This document shows positions 1 to 11,937 of a stretch of 64,000 bases of DNA, piece by piece; the first letter of the stretch is position 1; every line of letters starts with the position of its first letter. The stretch lies in NCBI GenBank assembly GCA_951406725.2, contig OX597842.1, forward strand, positions 25,792,001-25,856,000, in the 5' to 3' direction. Source of the stretch: Octopus vulgaris. Lineage: Eukaryota. The translations under genes and the position numbers were made by a program. A model generated the notes under the pieces. That model was not told the DNA's origin and did not search any database. It saw only the letters and a list, made by a program, of their open reading frames with translations.

Positions 1-493
1 ACAATTAAAAGAGCAAAGAGAGTCGTAAGTTGACAGAATTGCTACCATGTCCATTAAGATGCTTAACGACAACTTGTTTGTCTTTATGTTCTGAGTTCAA
101 ATTCCGTTGAGGTCGACTTTTCCTTTTATCCTTTTAGGGTCAAAAACTGGAATGGATGTAACTGACTAGTTTGCTACCCCAAAGTTAAAGGCCTTGAGCC
201 TGTTGTTTTAGGGATCATTTATAGCTTTATCTACTTTGAGTTCTGAAGTTACAAACAAATTGTTTCACGTTCTCTCGTTGTTTCGAACTTCTTAAGACTT
301 AAGCAAAAATATATAAATATATAAATATATAAAATACGTATAAAAAATAGGCATGGAAAGAACGTAAGTAATGAAAATACCAATAAATACCAATTAATTA
401 ATTAATTAAAAAAAAAAAAAAGATACGGTAAAATGAACAACATCAACAACAACAATAACAACAACAACAACGGCAACAACAGCAACCACAGAC

Positions 494-598
494 CTGGAGG
501 AGGATAAGGTATAATTGAGATCCACTTGTCTACGCTTCTGTTCCTGTCGAAATTCCATTAGCTCCCGAGCGAAATCATCGAAGGGATCGGATTTCTTC
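494..598 (-). CDS. RBBP6: RBBP6 exon, coiled coil (KKSDPFDDFARELMEFRQEQKRRQVDLNYTLSSS)
   Basis: Acceptor gatttcag, donor gtctgt; 105 nt, phase 2-2; similar to human DEFTNDFAKELMEYKK. The donor position is less certain. Confidence 0.85.
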
Positions 599-1495
599 CT
601 GAAATCAGGAACCGACATTATAACGGACAGCCACCACCAGCACCACCACCACCACCACCACAACCATCGCCACCACCACCGCGACTTAACATCACTTACC
701 CACCACTTGACCAAAGAGCTATACCAAGCTACTGACCAACCAACCTACCTACCAACCTACCTACCTACACGACTGCTGCTGCTGCTGCTGCCGCAGTAGC
801 CTACACTTCAATGTACACACGCACACACACACACATGCAGTCATATCCACATACAAGCTGACCACACCCTTATAAAATATTTGCACTTGCATACCTTCAT
901 ACATGTACATACATATATATATATATATATATTATATTAAATTAGAGACAAAACCACTATTATGCAAATCAAACAATGAAAAACTTAAGCCAATACATAT
1001 GATTAATTTATATTATATAACAAAATGCAACTCAAAAATTTGAAGATGTTAGCAGGCATGAAATGATCGTAGTGTGATATTAATTATATTTTTTTAAATA
1101 ATTTTGTTATATATTTAAATAATATAAATTAATCATATGTATTGGCTTAACTTTTTCATTGTTTGATTTGCCTAATAGTGGTTTTGTCTCTAATTTAATA
1201 TAATATAATATTTTACTATAAAATTGGATTCAATCCTAAATCTGATTTTTCCCTGTAAGTTTGGATTTATTCCCTAATATTTTATTATATATATATATAT
1301 ACATGTACTAACATATATCAATAAATATGTAAGCATATATGTATGGGTGTATGCATGCATATATATGTATATATGTATGTATATCCATGTGTATATATGT
1401 GTGTATGTGTATATATAATTATTTAAAACAGTCGGATTTGGACCCCTGCAGCTTAGTTTCATAGCCTTACTATAGGAACCTAGCTAATTGGACTC

Positions 1496-1553
<58 letters not shown>

Positions 1554-2220
1554 ATGTATATATATATACACACGTGTGTGTGTTACTTGTATCTACACAG
1601 TAATAAAGAAAACTGCTTATTAATTAGTTAGGAGTATGTAACTTTCACTAAAAGAAAGCAATTATTCAAGTCTATACTGTCAAGAAAATACATAAAATTT
1701 CCAATATATTTTTATCAAAATGTGGCTTTCCAACTTCTTTTATCACTGACTTCAACTACAGAAAACTAATTTTAACTCAATGCAAGACAATGTTCTTTCT
1801 TTCTCTCTCTCTCATACATTTAGAACTTCAACTTGAAATCTTTTATACATTTCTGATAATTCTTTTGCAGTAGCTTGCACTCTTCATACTATCATAGTTC
1901 ATATGATGAATGACAATAAAAAAAATCTGTTTTCTGTCTCGATATATCTGTAATTGTATGTTTATATCGGTTATTAATACTGAAATGTACAAAAATATAT
2001 CTGTATATATGAAAGTGTGTGTGTGGGGGGTGTTTGTGTGTGTGAATATATATACAGAGTCGGCCAAAAAATGTATACACACTTTTTATATAGGAAAAAA
2101 TCTGTATAAATATTATAATTCAGTGTTATTGCAATTTGATAAAATGATATATTCATATTTATAGGGGTACTTATACAAAGTTAAATATCTATACAAATTT
2201 TTCCTTTTCTCAAGTACATA

Positions 2221-2717
2221 CCGTAAATCCTCAAGTATAGTCCGCCCTTGAGTATAATAAGCAGGGGATTTTTAGGGGACTGTACCTCTGAAAACCCTAA
2301 ACCTTGTATATAATACGCACCCCTTCTCTAACTTGAGTCAAGGAGGTCTATATAACGTCCTTGGTTTGTAAAACTGTATACGGTAACGTTCTTTATTATT
2401 ATTGTATATATAACATGATGCAAACATGTAGCTTTTTTGTGCATTTTGTTTGCAGAAAATAAAGAAATAACAGTAATAACGTTTAATAAATGTTGCTTAC
2501 TGCAAGTTATGGATGATTCTTTTATGACTTCATTGCTTTCAGGCTTAGCTTAAGGCATTTTCGTGTCTGACATCACAAAATTTGCCGGACAGCAAATAGA
2601 GACTCGGACATTGCTTAGAAAATAATTTTCATTTTAAACTTCGTATATAGTACGCACTAGGGATTTTGACCTTTGAATTTTGGGAAAAAAATTCAGATTA
2701 TACTCAAGGATTTACGG
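2221..2717. mobile_element. Tc1/pogo-like MITE, copy 1
   Basis: TIR CCGTAAATCCT..AGTATA, TA on left flank; near-identical to 7775-8286. Confidence 0.75.
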
Positions 2718-3297
2718 TGTACATTTTTTTGCTGGACTCTATATGCATGTACATGTGTGAGAATGTATCTATACATTTATAAATATGTAAGTATGTATAT
2801 AAAATAAAAATAAAAAGCACACAGTTTACGTCTGTATCAAAATACACCAGGCCAACAAGAAAGCTTTTTGATCAGTATTGAACTCCAGATAATCAGAAGT
2901 TGAAAGCTACAGTCAAATTTATAAATCCATCATTCCAATACCCAGCTACGATAGTAGGCTTTTAGAGAGTGGTATATATATAAAATAGAGAGAAATAATT
3001 GGTTATATACATATATTTATACATTATAGGCTTACAGCCGTTTCAGGTATGCGTTATCAATTGATCGACTGACTAACAATATAGGGAACCAGCAGCACAA
3101 TGTTATCTTTCTCAAAGCCAGACCATAACAACTGCCAACGAAAAAGAAAAGGAAAGAGGATCGAAATTGGTTAGTTTGGCATTTATACAGAACTAAGTTA
3201 CCTGTTTCTAGTCATGAACACACCCAAATGCATATCTGAAACAGCTGGAAGCCTATATAAATAAATGCCTATCACCCACTATTTCTCTCTATTTTTT

Positions 3298-3309
3298 GTA
3301 CATATATAC

Positions 3310-3354
<45 letters not shown>

Positions 3355-3451
3355 AATATATATACACACACACATATATATATATACACACACACACATA
3401 TATATACACACACACATATATACACACACACACATATATACACACACACAC

Positions 3452-3514
<63 letters not shown>

Positions 3515-3583
3515 CACACACACATATACACACACACACACACACATATATACACACACACATATATATACACACACACACAC

Positions 3584-3676
<93 letters not shown>
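3298..3676. repeat. (AC)n/(AT)n compound microsatellite
   Basis: Direct inspection. Confidence 0.95.
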
Positions 3677-3679
<3 letters not shown>

Positions 3680-4060
3680 AGAATTCACAAAAAAAAAGAC
3701 GAAGACAGGTGGTGTAGACAACAGGGATGAATAAGTTTAACGCTCGGGAATTGAAAAATATAGGGTGGTGTGTGTGTATGTATATATATATATATATATG
3801 TGTGTGTGTGGGTGTGTGTATGTCTGCGTATGTGTGCATATATATATATATATGATGTGTGTATATGTGTGTGTGCATGTGTGCATATATGTAATTTCAT
3901 TATAAGAACATATTCGAAATAATTCAAGAACAGAGCAGAGTGAATTATGTGATCACAGAGTATTGCAAAGCACAATCTCTGTGGGGCCAGACATGTCGCA
4001 AAGTTCACAAAACAGGTCGCTGGATTTACTTCAGTAATTCCTCAGTCTATACATAGATGA

Positions 4061-4107
<47 letters not shown>

Positions 4108-4514
4108 GCATGTACATGGGTGTGTGGATACACATGTGTATGTAAAGACACACGCATTTACGCAATTACTATGAACATTTTTACTCCCTAACCTTTACTC
4201 CCTCTCCTCACTTAGGGGTCATTCGAATAGCTCTTTTGTCTTAATAATCGTTAATCACACAGTAATTTCCCTTTGTTTTAACGGTCCTTTTCATAGTATT
4301 TTTTTCAATGGCCTGATAACTGAAGAGATGCCGGCGTGGGTTTCTGCCCCGACATTGGAGTTTTATCATGGCTACCAAATAATTGTCACATATTATATTC
4401 ACAGATATATATACACACACACACACACAATTGGCTTGTTTCAGTTTTCTTTTACAAAATCCACACCTAGGGCTAAATTAACCCCATTTATATATCTACT
4501 ATATAGGAAAAGAT

Positions 4515-5345
4515 AATATAACATGTAGCTGCAGAGAAAAAAAAAAGGAATGCAAGTTTAACAACAACTGCATGATAAAGAATGTTGTTTACAAATGTGA
4601 GATGAAAGTGGGTACACGGAAATACTTGTACATTGGTGGTGCCAGAGACACCATGAAAAATCGTTTGCACAAACCATCTTACATCATTTTCCAATGTAAA
4701 ACAAAAGGCATCCACATCATTATCTAACCTCATCTGGAGGCTCAAACAGAATAGCGTGGTGCATACGACTCACTGGTCTATAATAAAAAGTTCTTCACTG
4801 CCGACACATTGATCGGGTTCTTACAGCCGGTCTTCGTCATCGCCTGAATCTCCGGCCCCTCCCTTCGGTGCTTCTACAATGGCGCTTAAAGTGGTTCGGT
4901 CATGCGGCCCGGCATCCAGAGGGTGAGCTGATTCGCAATGTCCTCTTCCCACCTCCACTTCCCAGTTAGTGCAAACGCACGGGCCGGAGGCTGAAGACCT
5001 GGGCAACGACGATAAAGGAGGACCTCTCCGAACTCTCAGGTCCACAGGTGGTGGGTCTGCGCAGATGGAACCGCGAATGGCTCGCTATCTTCAGTGACCT
5101 CGCACAGGACCGTCGAGTGTGGGCCACCATGGTTTGTGATGCCATCAGGACCAGAGAAGAAACTGGCTAAACCCGCCCTGGGTGAACACCGTCACAAGTA
5201 CAAGTAGTAAGTAATAAAAAATTTTGCACCATACAACTTATGTCTAGAGGAAACCCTGGAGATCATCACATCCAGAGAAATCATAATAGACACTCCAAAG
5301 TTATTATACCATGCAAGCATAAAAGCAATGCATCATTCCTAGAAT
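4515..5345 (+). mobile_element. Penelope-like retroelement remnant (GIY-YIG endonuclease), split by an RTE insertion
   Basis: Frameshifted CSCREKKKEC..NNCMIKNVVYKC..YLYIGG..NHLTSF..TSLSNLIWRLK..WSII, resuming after 5214 as NLCLEE..PCKHK. Confidence 0.8.
4801..5214 (+). mobile_element. 5'-truncated RTE-clade LINE 3' end
   Basis: RLKWFGHAARHPEGELIR..LKTWATTIKEDL..DLAQDRRVW with one internal stop; tail caagtacaagtagtaagtaa. Confidence 0.85.
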
Positions 5346-5448
5346 TTGAGAGAGAAAAAACCACTTTGAAACAGAGAAACGCAAACTGCCTTTACCAAAT
5401 AATAAAACAAAGGAAGAACATATAAATAAATAAACAAAATATTCATTA

Positions 5449-5838
5449 CTAGTAGTATCGCCTGGTGTTGCTCGGGTTTGTTTCGACCCTTTAGAATTGG
5501 AATTTTTGAAAAGTAAAAATTTTGCACTGTGTAGCTTGTTATTCTTTAAGTGAACATTTTTCTGGTTGAAATACACCGAAAAATGACGACACAGCAGTCA
5601 AAAAATCGTAAAAAATAAGGATTTTCATAGAAAAAAAGCACCTTTTTGATGTAAATAATTTTTGGTGTTAACATGGTCCGATATGAATTTTATCTTCTAC
5701 GGAAGGAAGAGCAAGCCTTCTTCTATCATACTCTCAATTTTGGTCAACTTGCACTGCAGGGTCTCGAAGGAGATGGTGTTAGTTGAAGGCTACCAAACCT
5801 GACACACACAGACAACTTCAGCTTTATATATAGAGAGA
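5449..5838 (-). mobile_element. Non-autonomous Helitron
   Basis: 5' TC, 3' hairpin plus CTAG, inserted in A|T; homologous to 18450-18838. Confidence 0.75.
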
Positions 5839-6242
5839 TTCTTATGCTATATGCTAAACCAGGCCTGGCCAACTTGAATTACATTGCAGGCCACTTTAAT
5901 CATAGAAAGATTTTTGAGGGGTTACTTCTATACTGACAGAATTGAAAGGATTTTGCTTTCTCGTGCTATTATCAAAAATAATGAGTGAATGATGGTTGAT
6001 TCAACATGAAATATTATCGTTGCAAAAACAATACTCTTTACTCTTTTACTTGTTTCAGTCATTTGACTGTGGCCATGCTGGAGCACCGCCCTTAGTCGAG
6101 CAAATCGACCACAGGACTTATTTTTTGTAAGCCTAGTACTTAGTCTATTGGGCTGTTTTGCCAAACTGCTAAGTTACGGGGACGTAAACACACCAGCATC
6201 GGTTGTCAAGCGATGTTGGGGGGACAAACATATACACACACA

Positions 6243-6278
<36 letters not shown>

Positions 6279-6442
6279 GTGATGTATATTTGCCATTTAA
6301 ATATGGCTAACCCCTAAGGGTGGATGCTACTGTAGCTTGTAGCCCCAGGAGGACACCTCCTCCAGCTGGCTACTGACACACTTTCTGTGCCCTATCAGTA
6401 TTTGCAAAGGGAAGCCATCCTTCCCGTCTTCAACCTATGATA

Positions 6443-6487
6443 CACACGGACTCGAGTTTCCGGGTATTGACCCGTCATCGGCGTGTG
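6443..6487 (-). ncRNA. Minimal type I hammerhead ribozyme (CCGAUGA variant)
   Basis: cacacg-CCGATGA-cgggt caat acccg-GAAA-CTCGAG-TC-cgtgtg; perfect stems I and II, palindromic loop III. Confidence 0.8.
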
Positions 6488-6878
6488 ACAATCACAGTCG
6501 TCGATGAAAAGTAGGTTCCCTTCACAAATACATATCCTTTTTTCCAGTATCGTAAAGACACTGATATCGAAAAAGTGTAAAGAAGCAATAATAAGATTTA
6601 TTATATATATATACATACATACATATTCACACACACACACACAATCTGTCTATATATTAGTATAATAAAATAACAAATGGACAGGCGGTTGCTAATGGCA
6701 TCAAAGCATTTATAAAATTGTTATATAGAGGCAAGAATAAAATATAAATATTGGATACAAAAATAGAAAAAAATCAAGAAAGCAAAAGCTCATAGTAATC
6801 CTTCTAGGTATATATCCTGAAAATTCATTCTCCTATACCATAGTATATACACCTTATGTGTGTGTGTGTGTATGTGTG

Positions 6879-6928
<50 letters not shown>

Positions 6929-7421
6929 TATACACACACAAATTATGTATATATATCTCTCTCTCTCTCTCTCAATATATATATACACACACACACACAT
7001 GTACACATGCATTCATGCAACTGTGTATGTATGTATATGTATGTATGTATGTATACACACAGACAGACACACTAACACACACACACACAGAGGGAGAGAA
7101 ATACATACACATATGCTCTGCCTGATCCAGAAATTGAACCTACAACCACATGCTCATGTGCTTTCCATTCTAACCAATAAGCTACATGCCTTCACATGAA
7201 AAATAAAGTAAAAGGACAAAGATAACTAGGTCATATATATATATATGTATGTATGTATATGTATATATGTATGTGTCTGTGTGTGTGCGTGTGTGTATAT
7301 ATATATAAACGGTGTGATGGCCATATTTGGATCCACTATCATCAAGAGTCCCATTTGGGAGGGTTGACTCGGGGATAAACGACGATAAGTGTAACATGAC
7401 TTATCTGCCATCGTTCAGAAC

Positions 7422-8675
7422 AATACTTCTCATCCAGGGTCCATATATTTGGGGGGGGGGGGTCCCTATATCAAAATAGCAAATTGAGGAACCACAGTAG
7501 AATTATAAGGGCCCTTCGAAAAAATTCTGTTTTTGATGGATGTATTGGAATGTATTGCAAGAAACAGCAAGGTTCCTTTATCTAATGTCTTATATAATGT
7601 AACCCTACACAAGTTAATGTTTGAAAAACAAAACAAGAATTTTGAAAGAAAATGGCTTTGGGGGTCGACCAGAATAAGATAATAACCAAACAGTCCAAAC
7701 AAGCAAAATAGAAGTTGGGAATCTATGCTGGTATTTATTTTAAGGGCCCCTGAAAAAATTTTGTTTTAGATGTACCGTAAATCTTCGAGTATAGTCCACC
7801 CTCGAGTATAATACGCAGGGCATTTTTAGGGGACTGTACCTCTGAAAACCCTAAACCTTGTGTATAATACGCACCCCTTCTCTAACCTGAGTCAAGGAGG
7901 TCTATATAACGTCCTTGGTTTGTAAAACTGTATACGGTAACGTTCTTTATTATTATTGTATATATAACATAATGCAAACATGTAGCTTTTTTGTGCATTT
8001 TGTTTGCAGAAAATAAAGAAATAACAGTAATAACGTTTAATAAATGTTGCTTACTGCAAGTTATGGATGATTCTTTTATGACTTCATTGCTTTCAGGCTT
8101 AGTTTAAGGCATTTTCGTGTCTGACATCACAAAATGCGTCTGAATAAACATTGCAGGACAGCAAATAGGGACTCAGACATTGCTTAGAAAATATTTTTCA
8201 TTTTTAACCTCGTATATAGTACGCACTAGAGATTTTGACCTTTAAATTTTGGGGACAAAATGCGGATTATCCTCGAGAATTTACAGTAGGTTTCTTTCTC
8301 TAACATTTTACATAGTTCAACCTACACAAGTTAATGTGCGAGGAACAAAATAGGGATTTTGAAAGAAGTGTCTATAAAACTAGTTTTAAACATCAAATGA
8401 CTACAGGGATCCACCAGAACAAAATAGTAATCTAAGAAAAAGGATTAGGACTCTATGGTAGTATATTAAGGGTCCATGAAAAAATTTTGCTTTAGATTTA
8501 TTGCAAGAAACAGCTAGGTTCCTACACGTGTGAATGTATGAAAATCAAAATAGGAATTTTGAAAGAAGTTTCTATAAAACTAGTTTGTAAACAACAAATG
8601 GCTCTGGGGTCCACTAGAATAACATAGTAATCAAACGGGGTCCATAGATAAAAAAAAAAAAGGTTGAGAACCTCG
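7422..8675. mobile_element. hAT-like non-autonomous element with internal tandem units
   Basis: Right end ggggtccatag..aaaggttgagaacc, degenerate left end, internal ~250-bp repeats; boundaries approximate. Confidence 0.5.
7775..8286. mobile_element. Tc1/pogo-like MITE, copy 2
   Basis: Same TIRs with TA on both sides; nested in the 7422-8675 element. Confidence 0.75.
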
Positions 8676-8779
8676 GAGTTAGAACCATGCAATGCCATTA
8701 AATCACACACACACCTCATCCACAGCAAGCCACCACAAAGTTGCAACACCACTCCATGCTGACACCACGTCCCTATACC

Positions 8780-9011
8780 TATTTCTTTACTACCCACAAG
8801 GGGCCAAACACAGAGGGGACAAACAAGGACAGACAAACGGATTAAGTCGATTATATCAACCCCAGTGCGTAACTGGTACTTAATTTATCGACCCCGAAAG
8901 GATGAAAGGCAAAGTCGACCTCGGCGAAATTTGAACCCAGAACCTAATGGCAGACAAAATACCGCTAAGCATTTCACCCAGCTTGCTAACGTTTCTGCCA
9001 GCTCGCCGCCT
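8780..9011 (-). mobile_element. tRNA-derived SINE family C (Meta-like core)
   Basis: gcctttcatcctttcggggtcgataaattaagtaccag core; many further copies (e.g. 20, 17640, 18230, 38100, 50945, 52400, 54980). Confidence 0.7.
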
Positions 9012-9319
9012 TGCCACATCCCCATACCATCATCTCAACACACAAACACCCTACCACTACAATCACACTGCCGCTACTACTAGCCATTGCACTATTACGA
9101 CACTACTATGGGCCACACGACCACACCAACATACCACTGACACTGCTCCATGCATGCTACCACCAACACACTGTCACACCACCATCATAATCTCACTACA
9201 AATGACAGCGCTCCATACCACCCTCTCCGTCATATGGCCACACCTCATGATACCACCCTCGGTATCGCACCACCACGCCACACCACACAATAATAAAAAT
9301 GTTTTAAACACCAACTTAC

Positions 9320-9491
9320 TTATCCTCTTCAATCAGTCGCTGTTTCTCCCGGTAAAACTCCTCCGGTGTCAAAGGTCGTGGCCCCGTGGGCACTGAGCGG
9401 ATCTGGTAGAGTCGCGGTCCAGCACTGTACGGAGCTATAGGCGGCGCTATGAAACCAGACGGGGGTGGCATCACTGGTCCTGTAGACACAC
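9320..9491 (-). CDS. RBBP6: RBBP6 exon, Pro-rich to PLTPEEFYREKQRLIEED
   Basis: Acceptor ttaccag, donor gtaagt; 172 nt, phase 1-2; conserved EEFYRE-QR-L motif. Confidence 0.92.
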
Positions 9492-9591
9492 CTGGTAATG
9501 GGAGAAGAAATTGAGACAGTCAGTGGAGGTTTGAGAGAAAGAGAAGGGGGGAGTACATAAAAGGGGACAAAGGGAAAGAGGTGGTAGAGCA

Positions 9592-10006
9592 AAATTCAAA
9601 TTCAAATTCAATTTTTATTGGCTCAAAAAGCAAAAGCAAGGCCATGTAGGGGGACAGGGAGTTATGTACAGGGAAGGTGGTCATGCAAAGAGTTCAGGCC
9701 ATTTCTGGTCAAGAGAGACTTTGAATCGAGCAGTCGTCGGCATCTTTACTATCTCGTCCGGTAGCTTATTCCACGGATCTGCAACCCGGATGGAGAAAGC
9801 ACCTCTCCTTCGATTGAGATGAAATCGTCATAGATAGAGCTTTTCGGAGTGACCCCGCAGCCGACGCTCTGGAGCAGGAGTGAAGAACAGCTCTTCCGAG
9901 AGGTTACACTTTCCGCTAATGATGTTGTGAGTGAGAATGAGATCACCACGGGGGTGTCGTTTTTCTAGAGAATAAAGGTCGAGCGTCTTCAGCCTTTCTT
10001 CATAAG
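9592..10006 (-). mobile_element. CR1 LINE 3' fragment
   Basis: YEERLKTLDLYSLEKR..RGDLI..LRGHSEKL..FSIRVADPWNKLP..FKVSLD; (ATTTGA)n tail. Confidence 0.88.
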
Positions 10007-10069
10007 GAAAGATAGAGATGCAAAAGAAAGATCAAGGTGGGGGGAGAGAGCAAAAGTAGGGGCAGAGAG

Positions 10070-10463
10070 ACTGAAAGATGGGCAGAGAGACTGAAGGAAG
10101 GGCGGAGAGACTGAAGGAAGGGCGGAGAGACAGAAGGAAGGGCGGAGAGACTGAAGGAAGGGCGGAGAGACTGAAGGAAGGGCGGAGAGACAGAAGGAAG
10201 GGCGGAGAGACAGAAGGAAGGGCGGAGAGACTGAAGGAAGGGCGGAGAGACTGAAGGAAGGGCGGAGAGACTGAAGGAAGGGCGGAGAGACTGAAGGAAG
10301 GGCGGAGAGACTGAAGGAAGGGCGGAGAGACAGAAGGAAGGGCGGAGAGACAGAAGGAAGGGCGGAGAGACTGAAGGAAGGGCGGAGAGACTGCAGGAAG
10401 AGCGGAGAGACTGCAGGAAGAGCGGAGAGACTGAAGGAAGGGCGGAGAGACTGAAGGAAGGGC
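10070..10463. repeat. 20-bp minisatellite (GGCGGAGAGACTGAAGGAAG) x ~20
   Basis: Exact 20-nt periodicity visible. Confidence 0.95.
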
Positions 10464-11023
10464 AGCTTTCATGATGTGCAAGAAATGCAAGAAGCAATCT
10501 GATTGGCTGGTATAGAAACCAGCCAGGTAATCTCAAAGGTTGTATTATCAGGCTGATAGAATCAGTCCAGTCATTTTCTTTTTTGGCCAATGGGTCAGCT
10601 CTGTTGTCTCTTAAGGGTTAAGGGTCTTAATGCATTGACTGTTACATAAAACACCGCTGCCGGTGGTTCATCACAAACTTCACACAATCTCCGTATGCAT
10701 TACTGGCAGAACCTTTACTTAATTTGAAAAAATATTTTATTCTGTATCGCTGACATGGTTTTGAGGATATTTAAATAACATGAGTACTAAATCATCATCA
10801 TCATTGTTAACATTCATTTTCCATTGACTGGAGGGACAGCCTTGGAGGGGAACTTTCTAGGTGCAATCCTGTGGTCATTAGTATCGAGAACATGCTACCT
10901 AACAATGCTCATCTTGTTCTTAGAGGGATTAATGAGCTTGCAATAAGGATTAAACACAAAGAAAGCAAACAAACAAACAGAGGCAGACAAAGAAATTCAT
11001 CTCTTTTACTCTCTTTTACTTGT

Positions 11024-11395
11024 TTCAGTCATTTGACTGCGGCCATGCTGGAGCACCGCCTTTAATCGAGCAAATCTACACAGGGCTTATTCTTTGGAAG
11101 CCTGTACTTATTCTATCAGTCTCTTTTTGCTGAACTGCTAAGTTACGGGGACGTAAACATACCAGCATCGGTTGTCAAGCAATGTTGGGGGGAACAAACA
11201 CAAACATATATATATATATATACACACATATATACAATGGGCTTCTTTCAGTTTCCATCTACCAAATCCACTCACAAGGCTTCGGTCGGCTTGAGGCTAT
11301 AGTAGAAGACACTTGCCCAAGGTGCCACGCAGTGGGACTGAACCCGGAACCATGTGGTTGGTAAGCAAGCTACTTACCACACAGCCACTCCTATG
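11024..11395 (-). mobile_element. tRNA-derived SINE family A
   Basis: Reverse-complement match to 57461-57851. Confidence 0.8.
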
Positions 11396-11459
11396 CCTAT
11401 GTGAAAAACATTAAAGTAAAAAAAAATAAAAAAGGTATTGGGGTTAGTAAGAAACTGAC

Positions 11460-11653
11460 CTGGCGGTGGAGGGTGTGGCATCCTGTATGTGGGGCCAGGC
11501 ATCGTGGCGGCAGGCAAGCTGGCTCTCGACGGGATATATGAGGCAGGGGTCTGTTGCTGTGCTGACGTGAGCACCTGGGGCATGTGTTGCATCACAGGTG
11601 CAACTTGGTGTGGGTGGCCTGGGTTGCGCACAACGGCAGATCGATCAGCCATT
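11460..11653 (-). CDS. RBBP6: RBBP6 exon, Pro/Gln-rich (MADRSAVVRNPGHPHQ...MPHPPPP)
   Basis: Acceptor gtttcag, donor gtcagt; 194 nt, phase 2-1 fits both neighbours. Confidence 0.88.
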
Positions 11654-11937
11654 CTGAAACAGAAACAGCAAAGAGATATAGTATCATAAACACTTGTCAT
11701 CAGCATCTTTTATGTCCCTATTTGTCATCACATAATCCTTCAGCATCCAGATTACTCTGTCACATGTAATGCTTATATATTCACATTTGTTTTCAATTAA
11801 TCATAAATTATATCAAAACTTTGAGATTTCTATGATGTGATTGCTTCTTTTTAGAATGACATTGTAGGGTAGTGTAAGAGGCCAGATATGGCTGGTTTAA
11901 ACAGGCACAATATTTAAATGTAATATTTATTCACATT

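Noticed and set aside
10000-10590. Repetitive 196-aa and 152-aa ORFs
   Set aside because: Product of the 20-bp minisatellite; no splice or homology support
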